A stretch of DNA of 64,000 bases from Leptonemataceae bacterium. GTDB lineage: Bacteria; Spirochaetota; Leptospiria; Leptospirales; Leptonemataceae. The notes beneath the pieces were generated by a model. It was not told the DNA's origin. It was given only the letters and a program-made list of their open reading frames with translations, and ran no database searches. The translations under genes and the position numbers were made by a program. Every line of letters starts with the position of its first letter. Within the stretch, counting starts at the first letter, position 1. The DNA lies in assembly GCA_965227295.1 (NCBI GenBank), contig OZ245742.1, forward strand, positions 3,872,001 through 3,936,000, written 5' to 3'. Below, piece by piece: positions 1 to 9,706 of this stretch.

Positions 1-155
1 AGATGGGCCAGGTGATCGGCAAGGTCGGTCGCACGGGTACCGCGACGGGGCCGCATCTTCATTTTGAAGTGCGTAAGTGGAAGAAGGCCATCAATCCTAT
101 CAGCGCGCTGCGCATGAAGGAACTGGTGCCGAACGAAGTCGCATCGCGCCGATAA
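1..155 (+). CDS. M23 family metallopeptidase, 3' end (truncated by window start)
   Basis: Frame 3 reads ...GQVIGKVGRTGTATGPHLHFEVRKWKKAINP...*; TGPHLHFEV is the M23 HxH motif; TAA at 153-155. Confidence 0.9.
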   Translation, partial: MGQVIGKVGRTGTATGPHLHFEVRKWKKAINPISALRMKELVPNEVASRR

Positions 156-195
156 CTTGCGCGACACCAGGGTCGCCTGTGTGCGATGATTGCCT

Positions 196-1065
196 ATGGG
201 CGAGTACGTCCTCAAACTTCAGAAAAACATCTTCGCGATTACCATCGCCACCGCAGTCGTCCTGGGCATTGCCATGGCCTACCTCGGTTCGGTGGCGCTG
301 CGTTTTTTTCTGAGTTCCAACACGCCCACGGTCACTATGAGCCGTGCGGCTCCCGTCGCCAACACCAACCGTACATCGTTCCGCAGTGTCGACGAGTTCC
401 TGGGCATCGTTACCGGTGACTTCATTCGCGATAGCGGGGCCGGTGCCCCGGGCGAGGCCGGAGCCGACGCCCCCACCGGTGTTCAGAGCGAGATCGAACT
501 CATGGGCGTACTCTACTCACGCCCGCTACGCTACTCCCGGGCCCTGATCAAGCAGGACGGTGATAAGTCCGCGGAGTCGTACGCCTTCGGCCCGATCGCG
601 GAGTCCGGTTACAAACTCGTGGGCATTCATCCCGAGGCCATCACCGTCGAAGCCGGTGGTTCGCGTTTTCGAATCAAGGTCGGGGAGAAATCCGGGGAGG
701 CGCGCTCGGCGGCTCAGACCACGGCGGCCGAGACCACCAGCGGCGGCGGGGAAAAGGTCACGCTCTCGAAGGACCGCTTCCAGCAACTGATCAAAAATCC
801 CGAAGAGATCTACAAAAACAAGTTCAGCCCGGTCCTGGTCAACGGCAAGATCGCCGGCTGGAAGCTGATCTACGTCCCCAACGATAATTTCCTGCACCAG
901 CTCGGCGCGCGGAGCGGGGATATCCTGCGCCGCTTCAACGGTGAGCCCCTGGAGTCCCAGGAAAAGATGATCCAGATGTGGCAGTCCCTCCAGAACGCCT
1001 CCAGCGTCACCGTGGACATCGAACGGGGCGGGAAAATCTTTACCTACGAAATTCTCATCCAGTAA
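196..1065 (+). CDS. gspC: Type II secretion protein GspC (TM + HR + PDZ)
   Basis: N-terminal TM, 'ELMGVL..RALIK' HR domain, C-terminal PDZ (LGARSGDILRRFNG); first gene before the secretin. Confidence 0.85.
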   Translation: MGEYVLKLQKNIFAITIATAVVLGIAMAYLGSVALRFFLSSNTPTVTMSRAAPVANTNRTSFRSVDEFLGIVTGDFIRDSGAGAPGEAGADAPTGVQSEIELMGVLYSRPLRYSRALIKQDGDKSAESYAFGPIAESGYKLVGIHPEAITVEAGGSRFRIKVGEKSGEARSAAQTTAAETTSGGGEKVTLSKDRFQQLIKNPEEIYKNKFSPVLVNGKIAGWKLIYVPNDNFLHQLGARSGDILRRFNGEPLESQEKMIQMWQSLQNASSVTVDIERGGKIFTYEILIQ

Positions 1066-1155
1066 AAAAAGCGCCGATCCGGGTTAGATTCGCCGGGGGG
1101 CCGCGGCCGATAGTGTACCGAAGCGTCCGAAGTTCGCGGGCGAAGAAAGACACAT

Positions 1156-2961
1156 ATGAGCCGAATCCGGAGCCAACCACGAATCGTCATCCTGCTGATT
1201 GTTCTGTGCAGCGTGCCGCTGCTCTTTTATCCCGCGTACTCCCAGCCTCAGCCGGAACTCAAAGGGAGTTTCCGGCCGAACTTCGTGGACGTCGACATTC
1301 GCGACTTCCTGAAGGCCATGGCGGGCCATACCCGCCGCAATATTCTCATCGATGACGCGGTGAAGGGGAACATCACGGTTGTATCACCACGAAGCATTCC
1401 GCGGGCCCGCGCCCTGGACTTCCTGAAGCAAGTCCTCGAAGTGAAGGGCTTCGGCATCGTGGATGAGGGGGACTTCTTAAAAGTAGTGCCCATGGAACAG
1501 GCGAAGGACGCCTCGCTTCCGGACGAAGAAGATCCGGAAGTGACCGGCATCATCTCCCGCGTGCTCAAGTTGCCCACCGGCATTAACGTCAACGAGATGG
1601 CCAATGTGCTGCGACAGATCGCCGGCAAGAACACCACGGTCGTTCCGTACCTTCCGAGTAACACGGTCGTGCTCACCGGTTACGCCAAGAACGTTCGGCG
1701 CGCCATGGAGATCTCGGATCAGCTGATCGCGCAGATGAGTACTGAAACCGGCCCGGGTGGTCCCGGCGCCACCGTACAGATCTATCGCGCGAAGCACATT
1801 ACCGCGGAGAGTCTCGCTCAGGTGCTCGTGCGCCTGGACAACCCGCAGGTCGTGGATGCCGGTCCGGCGGAGAGCGGCGATACGAATCAACCGAACCAGC
1901 CCAATCAACCGCAACAACCGCAGCAGCCGGTGGTGCGGGCAAATCCCGGCGGTCCGGCGCAGAAGATCAAGGCCGTCGCGCACAAAGAGTCCAACTCCAT
2001 CGTCGTGACCGCGACTCCGGCGGAGTGGTCGGAGATCATGCAGATCATTCTGCGTCTGGATCAGAAGCGCGAACAGATCCTGCTGGAAGTGTTGATCGCG
2101 GAAGTTACCTCGCAGTCGTTGAATGACTTCGGCATCGACTGGCGCTACGCGCCGACGAACGGGCCGCAGACGCAGTTCAATACGGGCCTGGCCGCCGAGG
2201 GCGGCATCGTCGATCCGGAGACCGGCGCGATTACCGGCAACAATACGTTGAACGGCTTCAGCCTGGGCTTCCTCGAACAGAACGGCGATCTGCTCGGCAT
2301 CTTAAACGCTAACATCAACAATCGTAACTTTAACGTTTTGTCCTCGCCGCAGGTGTTGACGCTCGATAACCAGGAAGCGGAGATAAACGTCGGGCAGGAT
2401 GTGCCGGTGCGCACCCAGGAACGTTCCTCGGGCGGCGGCGATTCTTCGGCGACGGTCAACTCCTTCGAGTACCGGCCGGCGGGCATCAAACTCAAGTTCA
2501 CGCCGTACGTGAACGCGGAATCCCGCATCGGCCTGGATCTGTTCAGCGAAGTGACGAGCATCGAAGGCGCGGCGAGTGCGACGTCCAACCCGACGTTCAA
2601 CAAACGCAACATCAAGACCTTCGTAACCGTCGGTAACAAGCAGACGATCGTCATCGGCGGTTTGATCTTCACCGAAAAACTCCAGGAAGTGCAGAAGGTC
2701 CCGCTGCTCGGCGACATCCCGCTGCTGGGCCATCTCTTCCGGCGGACGACGTACAACATTCGCCGGACGAACCTGATGCTTTTTATTACGCCGCACATTC
2801 TGAGTGCCCAGGCCGAGGCCGATCGCATCACGAAGTACAAGCGCCGGGAACAGCTCGACGCCGTGCGTGATCGCCACAACGACGTGATCCTGTGGCCGGA
2901 GCCGCGGATGAACGAGGAGCACGAGGATTCGTTCGAAATCATCGACGAGGACCTGGATTAA
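1156..2961 (+). CDS. gspD: Type II secretion secretin GspD
   Basis: Signal peptide, NFVDVDIRDFLK N0 domain, LSSPQVLTLDNQEAEINVG, KVPLLGDIPLLGHLF secretin motifs. Confidence 0.95.
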   Translation: MSRIRSQPRIVILLIVLCSVPLLFYPAYSQPQPELKGSFRPNFVDVDIRDFLKAMAGHTRRNILIDDAVKGNITVVSPRSIPRARALDFLKQVLEVKGFGIVDEGDFLKVVPMEQAKDASLPDEEDPEVTGIISRVLKLPTGINVNEMANVLRQIAGKNTTVVPYLPSNTVVLTGYAKNVRRAMEISDQLIAQMSTETGPGGPGATVQIYRAKHITAESLAQVLVRLDNPQVVDAGPAESGDTNQPNQPNQPQQPQQPVVRANPGGPAQKIKAVAHKESNSIVVTATPAEWSEIMQIILRLDQKREQILLEVLIAEVTSQSLNDFGIDWRYAPTNGPQTQFNTGLAAEGGIVDPETGAITGNNTLNGFSLGFLEQNGDLLGILNANINNRNFNVLSSPQVLTLDNQEAEINVGQDVPVRTQERSSGGGDSSATVNSFEYRPAGIKLKFTPYVNAESRIGLDLFSEVTSIEGAASATSNPTFNKRNIKTFVTVGNKQTIVIGGLIFTEKLQEVQKVPLLGDIPLLGHLFRRTTYNIRRTNLMLFITPHILSAQAEADRITKYKRREQLDAVRDRHNDVILWPEPRMNEEHEDSFEIIDEDLD

Positions 2962-2970
2962 GAGGGGTTC

Positions 2971-3084
2971 TACTCCGAGGACCGAGGTTCCGAGGAGAAG
3001 ATGTGAGGGCGATCGTATCCGGTCGATGTGCGGGTTAAGAAAGCTCTCCTGATGCTTGAGCTCGGTACCTCGGTCCTCGGAGTA
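2971..3084. repeat. REP-like inverted pair (family B, TACTCCGAGGACCGAGG-W-W-CCGAG)
   Basis: 2971-2994 and 3061-3084 are near-perfect reverse complements in the gspD-gspE spacer; the same unit recurs at 25433-25547 and 39412-39434. Confidence 0.8.
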
Positions 3085-3139
3085 AAAATGATTTTTCGGT
3101 TGCCCGCCGGCCGGAGTCGTGCCTCTCTATACGTGCCGT

Positions 3140-4822
3140 ATGAAAAAGCAGATCGGTGAAATTCTTCTCGAAGAAGGCGTGATCGGCCGGGACGAGCTTC
3201 AGGATGCCCTGAAGGTTCAAAAGAAATCCTCTCTCAAGCTGGGGCAGATTCTCGTGAAGAAAGGCCTCGTGGACGAGGACCAACTGCACAATACCCTGGC
3301 CCGGCAATTCGGCTTCTCGTACTCGCCGCGGCTCAACTTCAAGTTCGACGAGAGTTTCGCGCGCATCCCCGTAAACCTCATCCACCGTTCGCGCATTGTG
3401 CCGGTAGACCGCAAGGGCAAAACCGTCACGGTGGCCATCTCCGATCCCACCGATCTGCATCCCATGGACGACGTGCGCAGTTCATTAAAAGAGCTGCGTG
3501 TGAAGTTCGTGCTCTCCACCGAAAACGAGATCATGCGCATCATCCACGGCTCGTTCGATCAGGCCGCCGCCGCGGCCCGGGAGGTGATGGAGGGCATCAA
3601 CGAGGACGAGTACGCGGACCTCGACCAGATCAGCGAAGACACGATCGACATGGCCAACGAGGCGCCGATCATTCGCATGGTCAATGCCATCCTCACCCAG
3701 GGCGTCCAGGAGCGGGCCTCGGACATTCACATCGAACCCTACGAAAAAAACGTCGAGGTGCGCTATCGCATCGACGGCATCTTACACAAACGTCTTTCGC
3801 CGCCGAAGGTCATTCATCCGGGCCTGGTTTCGCGCGTGAAGATCATGGCGAACCTGAACATCGCCGAAAACCGTCTGCCGCAAGATGGTCGGATTCGCAT
3901 CAAACTTTCCGGCAAGGACGTGGACATTCGCGTCTCGACGATTCCGACGCGCTGGGGCGAACGCGTGGTCATGCGTCTCTTGAACAAGAGCGACACGAAA
4001 GTAAACATGGAGACCATGGGCTTTACGCCGTTGCTCGACAAAAGCTTGCGCAAGGTCATCGCCGAACCCGACGGCATCTTTCTCGTGACCGGGCCGACCG
4101 GTTCCGGTAAGTCGACGACGCTCTACGCGGTACTGTCGGAGCTCAACCAGGAACACCGCAACATTCTCACCGCCGAGGATCCGGTGGAGTACGAGGTAGA
4201 GGGCATCGGCCAGATGCAGATGCAGGAGAAGATCGGACTTACGTTCGCTTCGGCCCTGCGCGCGATGCTGCGCCAGGACCCGGACGTGATCATGGTCGGT
4301 GAAATTCGCGACCAGGAGACCGCGCGCATCGCCATCCAGTCGGCACTCACCGGTCACTTAGTGCTCTCCACGCTGCACACCAACGACTCGCCGTCCGCCG
4401 TCACGCGGATGACGGACATGGGCATCGAACCGTACTTAATCACTTCGACGGTGCGCGCCGTTCTCGCCCAGCGCCTGGTGCGCGTCATCTGCCCGAAGTG
4501 CAAACGCCCGCATAAACCGGACCCGGGCGAACTGCACGACATCGGTCTCAAGCCGTCTCAGGTAAAAGGCGGCAAACTGTTTCGCGGCGAGGGCTGCGAT
4601 CACTGCGCGGGCACGGGCTATCGCGGTCGCGCCGGCATCTTTTCGTTTATGCTTATGGACAACGACGTCCAGCGCGCCGTCCTGCGCGGAGACGATGCGG
4701 ATCGCATCGAAGAGGTTGCGCGCCGGGACGGTCCAAACAAAATGCTCACGCTCATGGAGTACGGCGCCGCCAAAGTACTCGACGGCGTGACCACGATCGA
4801 AGAAGTTCTCCGCGTGACCTGA
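3140..4822 (+). CDS. gspE: Type II secretion ATPase GspE
   Basis: MshEN-like N-terminus ([22 protein letters not shown]), ASDIHIEP, Walker [24 protein letters not shown], CxxC zinc motifs. Confidence 0.95.
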   Translation: MKKQIGEILLEEGVIGRDELQDALKVQKKSSLKLGQILVKKGLVDEDQLHNTLARQFGFSYSPRLNFKFDESFARIPVNLIHRSRIVPVDRKGKTVTVAISDPTDLHPMDDVRSSLKELRVKFVLSTENEIMRIIHGSFDQAAAAAREVMEGINEDEYADLDQISEDTIDMANEAPIIRMVNAILTQGVQERASDIHIEPYEKNVEVRYRIDGILHKRLSPPKVIHPGLVSRVKIMANLNIAENRLPQDGRIRIKLSGKDVDIRVSTIPTRWGERVVMRLLNKSDTKVNMETMGFTPLLDKSLRKVIAEPDGIFLVTGPTGSGKSTTLYAVLSELNQEHRNILTAEDPVEYEVEGIGQMQMQEKIGLTFASALRAMLRQDPDVIMVGEIRDQETARIAIQSALTGHLVLSTLHTNDSPSAVTRMTDMGIEPYLITSTVRAVLAQRLVRVICPKCKRPHKPDPGELHDIGLKPSQVKGGKLFRGEGCDHCAGTGYRGRAGIFSFMLMDNDVQRAVLRGDDADRIEEVARRDGPNKMLTLMEYGAAKVLDGVTTIEEVLRVT

Positions 4823-4853
4823 GCCCTCGCGTTCGGTCACCGTAGCCTGTCAC

Positions 4854-6080
4854 ATGCCCATCTATCGTTACGTCGCGCTCAATCGCCGGGGCAAAGAAGA
4901 GAAAGGCATCGTCGATGCCCCGAACCCGGCCCAGGCCCGCAAGAATTTGCGGGGCAAGGGGTTGTACGTCCGCAACCTCTCTCAGGATCGCGAGAAGAAA
5001 GAACGCGAACTGTTTCCGTTTCTGACGCAGATGCTGTATCGTGTGCCGCGCAAAGACGTGGGACTCTTCGCGCGCCAGCTCGGCACTCTACTGGACGCCG
5101 GCCTCCCCCTGGACCGTTCGCTGGCGAGCATTACGGAAACCGTCGAGAATGAGTTTCTGAAAAAGGCCATCATCGAAATCCGTGCCAACGTCGTGGAGGG
5201 CGAGACGCTCTCCGACGCCATGCAAAAACACCCGGCCATCTTTCCACCGGTTTATTACAACCTGGTGTCCGTGGGCGAAAAGACCGGCGCCTACGAACAG
5301 GCCCTGCTGCGTCTGGCGGACCTGGAGGACGCGAACCAGGCCTTGAAAAACAAGGTCGTCACCGCTGCGTTTTATCCGCTGATCATGTTGTTCATGCTCG
5401 GCGGCATCATGCTGTTTATGCTCGGCGTGGTATTCCCCAAGATTCAGGAGCTCTTCACGCAGGTGGACGCTGAACTGCCCATGATTACGAAGATAGTCAT
5501 CGGCGTGTCCGACTTCGTGGCCAGTGGTAAGATTCTCTTTTTGTTTTTGTTCGGCGGGGGCGCGTACTACCTCTTTCATCGCTGGAAATCCCAACCGGAC
5601 GGCCGGCTGCTCTGGGAGAAGTTTCTGCTGCGTATTCCCGTGATCGGTCCGCTGCGCAAGAAAATCCTGCTGACGCGCTTTGCGAGAAACCTGGGCGTCA
5701 TGCTCGAAAACCGGGTGCCGCTGATCGCGGCGCTCCAGGTGGTCTCGAAGGTCGTGGACAGTGCCATCTTCGGCACCGAAATCGAAACCGCCATCACGCG
5801 CCTGAAAGAGGGCTCCAAGATCTCCGACGCCTTCAAGGACTCCGTCATTATCAACAAAATGACCCTCGGTATGCTGAACGCCGGCGAGCTGTCGGACAGC
5901 GTGCCGCAGATGGTCTCGAAAATCGCCGACGTGCTGGACAACGAGCTGGACGCAAATATCGCCCGGCTGTCGCAGTTATTGGAACCGATCATGATCGTGA
6001 TCATGGGCGGGATGATCGTCTTGATCATGGTGGCGATTCTGCTGCCCATGTACAACTTGACGCGGCAGATACGGATGTAG
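4854..6080 (+). CDS. gspF: Type II secretion inner-membrane platform GspF
   Basis: MPIYRYVAL start, FARQLGTLLDAGLPL, GEKTG, LLEP; three TM segments. Confidence 0.93.
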   Translation: MPIYRYVALNRRGKEEKGIVDAPNPAQARKNLRGKGLYVRNLSQDREKKERELFPFLTQMLYRVPRKDVGLFARQLGTLLDAGLPLDRSLASITETVENEFLKKAIIEIRANVVEGETLSDAMQKHPAIFPPVYYNLVSVGEKTGAYEQALLRLADLEDANQALKNKVVTAAFYPLIMLFMLGGIMLFMLGVVFPKIQELFTQVDAELPMITKIVIGVSDFVASGKILFLFLFGGGAYYLFHRWKSQPDGRLLWEKFLLRIPVIGPLRKKILLTRFARNLGVMLENRVPLIAALQVVSKVVDSAIFGTEIETAITRLKEGSKISDAFKDSVIINKMTLGMLNAGELSDSVPQMVSKIADVLDNELDANIARLSQLLEPIMIVIMGGMIVLIMVAILLPMYNLTRQIRM

Positions 6081-6129
6081 TATACAGTCTTCCGGCGTAT
6101 CCTGCGCCTGAGCTTACGGAGACCCAATC

Positions 6130-6660
6130 ATGATGCAAACCACACGCAAATTGTGGAAAACCCTGTGCGACTCTTACGAGAACGCCCGCAACGAACTGCA
6201 AAATCGGCGCCGTCCGGCCGGGACCGCCTCCCGCCGCGGCCTGACCCTCGTGGAACTCGCCATCGTAATCCTCGTGCTGGGGATTATCATGACGATTCTC
6301 ATTGCGAACCTGGACTTTTCGGTCGTGGATCAGGCCAAGAAACTGGCCGTAGAACACAACGCCAAAACCCTCGAAGTCACCCTCATGCGTTACGAAATGA
6401 ACAACGCCGCCCTGACGGACGGCACGCGCCTGGGTGTGCTCGCGAAAAAGAATCCGAACAATCCGGGCTGGCGCCCCATCGATGAAAAGACGGTCCTCGA
6501 CCCCTGGAACGAGGAGTACTTCATTTGTCTCGACGACTTCGGTCAGAAACAAATCTGCACCTACGGTGCGGACCGGGCCCCCGGCGGGGAGGGCGAAAAC
6601 CAGGACTTCTATTTAACCGATAAAAGTTCCTGGCCGGACTGGTTGACCCAAACCCAGTGA
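6130..6660 (+). CDS. gspG: Major pseudopilin GspG
   Basis: Prepilin site RRG|LTLVEL, DPWNEEY and YGADRAPGGEGENQD GspG motifs. Confidence 0.9.
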   Translation: MMQTTRKLWKTLCDSYENARNELQNRRRPAGTASRRGLTLVELAIVILVLGIIMTILIANLDFSVVDQAKKLAVEHNAKTLEVTLMRYEMNNAALTDGTRLGVLAKKNPNNPGWRPIDEKTVLDPWNEEYFICLDDFGQKQICTYGADRAPGGEGENQDFYLTDKSSWPDWLTQTQ

Positions 6661-6679
6661 ATGTGTGCGGGGAGTCGGG

Positions 6680-7255
6680 ATGCGGGTTGCCGTCCGAAAT
6701 ACACGGCGGGATCTCCGCCTGGCTCGCCGGGCCGACCTGCGGGCCGGGCTTACCCTCGCCGAACAGATCATCGTCATCCTGATCATCGGCGTGTTGCTGG
6801 CCATCTTCGCGCCGATCGTCACCGAGTTCACGTTTCTTCAGACCTCCGGCGATCAGGCGTCGAACCTCGGGCGGTCGCTAATGGCCAGCCGGGCGAAGGC
6901 GATCAAATCCAACGAGATGCTCTACTTCGAGTTTAATCTCGACGACAAAGAGTATCGTTCGTATACCTACGAGCGCGAGGACGGCGAACTCAAAGAGTCC
7001 GTGCACATCGAAAAGACCAGCGCCCGCATCGCCGCCGTAGCCGCGGGCAACGGCAAACGCGTAGTGGAAGGCAAGTTTACCGTGCGTTTTCTGCCGTCCG
7101 GCGTGGGCGAAGAACTGTGCGTTTATCTGGGACCGAGCGATCTGGAAATCGAATCGACCTTGATCTTCAGCCGCTACGGTGGAGACTTTCGCACGGAGCC
7201 CGGCGAATACGAGCCGGAGCTGGAAAAACCACAGTGGAGTCACGAACCCCGATAA
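6680..7255 (+). CDS. gspH: Minor pseudopilin GspH
   Basis: RAG|LTLAEQIIV prepilin motif; operon position; GGGGAG upstream of ATG 6680. Confidence 0.8.
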   Translation: MRVAVRNTRRDLRLARRADLRAGLTLAEQIIVILIIGVLLAIFAPIVTEFTFLQTSGDQASNLGRSLMASRAKAIKSNEMLYFEFNLDDKEYRSYTYEREDGELKESVHIEKTSARIAAVAAGNGKRVVEGKFTVRFLPSGVGEELCVYLGPSDLEIESTLIFSRYGGDFRTEPGEYEPELEKPQWSHEPR

Positions 7256-7290
7256 GATTTTCTCCGAAGCGACGCCGTCTGCGCCGGTGG

Positions 7291-7830
7291 GTGCGGCGAC
7301 TCCGGCAGCGCCTGGGTTTCTCACTCTTTGAGGTGGCTCTGGCGCTGGGCGTGGCCTCGGCCTTTCTCGTGGTACTTACCGCGACCGTCTCCGAGGGGCT
7401 GCGCATGCAGATCGAATCGGACCGGTTGACCCTGGCCATGGTCGTCGCCCAGGCGAAGCTCTCGCAACTGCGCAACAATCCGAACCTGTCCCCTCTGGAC
7501 GAAGAAGGGGAAATCGAAAACGCCGGCCAGTACAGCGGCTATCGCTTCCGACTCCGGGTCGCGGAGGAGAAACTGGACCTGGCCAAACTCGCCCAGGGCG
7601 AAGACGATGAGGACAGCCCGTCGGTGGACGATCTTCTGGAGACGGGCGTCCAGAATACCGCGGCCGAGGAAGAGAGCCTGGGCACCAGCGAGCGCAGCCA
7701 GACCGGCGGCCTGGTGGACGTGCTCCGCGTGATTGTCGCCATTGATTATCCCTCCGGAAACGGCTACAATACCTATCACATCGAAACGCTGCTGCCCCAG
7801 CGTAAGACCGTGGGCGCGGGCGGAGAGTAA
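7291..7830 (+). CDS. gspI: Minor pseudopilin GspI (start uncertain)
   Basis: RLG|FSLFEVALAL prepilin motif; GTG at 7291, or possibly ATA at 7252. Confidence 0.8.
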   Translation: MRRLRQRLGFSLFEVALALGVASAFLVVLTATVSEGLRMQIESDRLTLAMVVAQAKLSQLRNNPNLSPLDEEGEIENAGQYSGYRFRLRVAEEKLDLAKLAQGEDDEDSPSVDDLLETGVQNTAAEEESLGTSERSQTGGLVDVLRVIVAIDYPSGNGYNTYHIETLLPQRKTVGAGGE

Positions 7831-7832
7831 GA

Positions 7833-8489
7833 TTGATTCGCCGAACCTTAAGACTGCGATCCGCATCCCGGGCCGGCATGACGCTGCTGGAGATGTCCAT
7901 CGTCATTCTGCTCGTGGGCTTTTTGTTTTTCATGTTCTTCGCGGTGATCTTCGGCCTCACTCGCGTGACCAGCCTCGCGTCGCCGGAGTCCCGCATCAAA
8001 GCCCGGGCGTTCCTGGCTCTCGAAAACATTCGTTCGAGCATCGACCAATCCTACTTTCACCGGGACGTCAAACAGCTCTGGTTCCTGGGGGACGAGGGCG
8101 GCAGCGGCGCCGATCGCGCGGATCGGTTGACCTTCGCCTGCGTCCACGCGAACGCCGACGACCTGGGAGTGCCGGCCGTGCGTGAGGTTTCGTTTTATCT
8201 GGAAGAAGATCGCAGCACGTCGGAAACGTCTTACATTCTGTTTCGCCGCGAAGATGAAATGGTGGATGAGAAGCCCGGCGAGGGCGGCCGGCACTACGAA
8301 CTTATGCGCAACGTCGTTTCCCTGCGTTTTCGCTACAGCCTCAACGGTCGCGACTGGCGGGACACCTGGGACAGCACGAAACTCCGGCGCATCCCGCGCA
8401 TGGTGGAAGTGCGCATTCAAATTGCAGGGCCCGGCGGGAACCGTACGCTGTACGAAACCGTGGCCCAACCGGGGCTCTACAATCGATGA
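7833..8489 (+). CDS. gspJ: Minor pseudopilin GspJ
   Basis: RAG|MTLLEM motif; C-terminal W.D.WDS..IPRMVEV typical of GspJ. Confidence 0.85.
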   Translation: MIRRTLRLRSASRAGMTLLEMSIVILLVGFLFFMFFAVIFGLTRVTSLASPESRIKARAFLALENIRSSIDQSYFHRDVKQLWFLGDEGGSGADRADRLTFACVHANADDLGVPAVREVSFYLEEDRSTSETSYILFRREDEMVDEKPGEGGRHYELMRNVVSLRFRYSLNGRDWRDTWDSTKLRRIPRMVEVRIQIAGPGGNRTLYETVAQPGLYNR

Positions 8490-9700
8490 AAGATTACTTA
8501 CAAAGATTGCTTCGCCGCAAGTTAGCCTCGGCGACGAGCCTGGCGGAACGTCGCCGACGTCGCTCGTTTATCGGAGACGTGAGTCGCCGTGGCGCCATCG
8601 TCCTGCTTGCGATTTTGCTGGTGGGGGCTTCGTCGCTCTTCGTTTCGGCGCAGTTTCTCGAAGACGTGACCGATCAGTACCTGGCCGTGCGTTCCAGTGC
8701 CGACGGACTGCGCGCGCGGGAGGCGGCCCTGGCCGGTTTCAACGCGGGCATCACGGCGGTGAAGACGATCCCGGAGGAGTTCTTGTATCAGCAGGGCATC
8801 ATCATGGACCCGCCGGCGTTGCCTCTCGGAAAGAAGTGCTTCGATGACGAGGAGACCGACTGCCTCAAGTTCAAGGTAAGTTACCAGATCCTGCCTGAAG
8901 ACGGCCGCATCAATCTGAACAACCTGGTGCGTTACGACGATCAGATCAACGAGAACTACAATCGCATTGTGCGGCGGTTGTTTCGTCAACTGGACATCCC
9001 CGGGGATCACGTGGACGCGGTTACCGACTGGATCGACGAAAACGATTACACCGAACCCGCCGGCGCCGAGGACGATCACTACGCCGCCCTCAAGCCGCCA
9101 CGCAAGATCAAGAATTATCGCATGTTTTCACTGTCCGAGCTCCCCGCGATTAAGGGTTTCGACCGCAACATGGTCTACGAGTCCCGGGCGCCGGAGGGCT
9201 GGGAAGAACGCCAGGAGGAGCTCGCCTTTCAGACCGACGACGAGATCAATCTGCTGCAACCCGAGGACTGGATCCTCGCGAACAACGTGACCGCCTTCAT
9301 GCCGTTCACCGAGTCCGTGGAGGATAAGGTCAACATCAACGCCGCGCGCTTTCACGTCATGATGAGCCTGTCCGACGCCATGAGCCGCGAGGCCGTGCTC
9401 GCGATCTTCAAGTACCGGCGCCAGAATAACGGCTACATCAAGAACGTATCCGAGCTACGGGATTTGCCGGAATTGAACGTGCCCGGGGGCATTCCGGAGG
9501 TTACGCTGTACCAGGAACTGGCCGGCACAGGCGGCGATGTGTCGGGTCTCATCAAGACGGAGAGCGATTATTATCAAATCGTGGGGGTCGGGTATGTGAT
9601 GCGCGAGACCGATAATACATCCGATATCCTGGCAGAACGCAAGGTCCGCGGAATCTGGGACAAAAACAACCGGCGACTCGTCTATTACTCGGAGGACTGA
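8486..9700 (+). CDS. gspK: Minor pseudopilin GspK
   Basis: RRG|AIVLL, EDGRINLNNL, AVTDWID, KVNINAA motifs. Confidence 0.9.
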   Translation: MKDYLQRLLRRKLASATSLAERRRRRSFIGDVSRRGAIVLLAILLVGASSLFVSAQFLEDVTDQYLAVRSSADGLRAREAALAGFNAGITAVKTIPEEFLYQQGIIMDPPALPLGKKCFDDEETDCLKFKVSYQILPEDGRINLNNLVRYDDQINENYNRIVRRLFRQLDIPGDHVDAVTDWIDENDYTEPAGAEDDHYAALKPPRKIKNYRMFSLSELPAIKGFDRNMVYESRAPEGWEERQEELAFQTDDEINLLQPEDWILANNVTAFMPFTESVEDKVNINAARFHVMMSLSDAMSREAVLAIFKYRRQNNGYIKNVSELRDLPELNVPGGIPEVTLYQELAGTGGDVSGLIKTESDYYQIVGVGYVMRETDNTSDILAERKVRGIWDKNNRRLVYYSED

Positions 9701-9706
9701 GCCTCA

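Noticed and set aside
1885..1930. AACC-periodic microrepeat in gspD
   Set aside because: It encodes an in-frame NQP/QQP linker in the secretin N3 loop, a commonly variable region.
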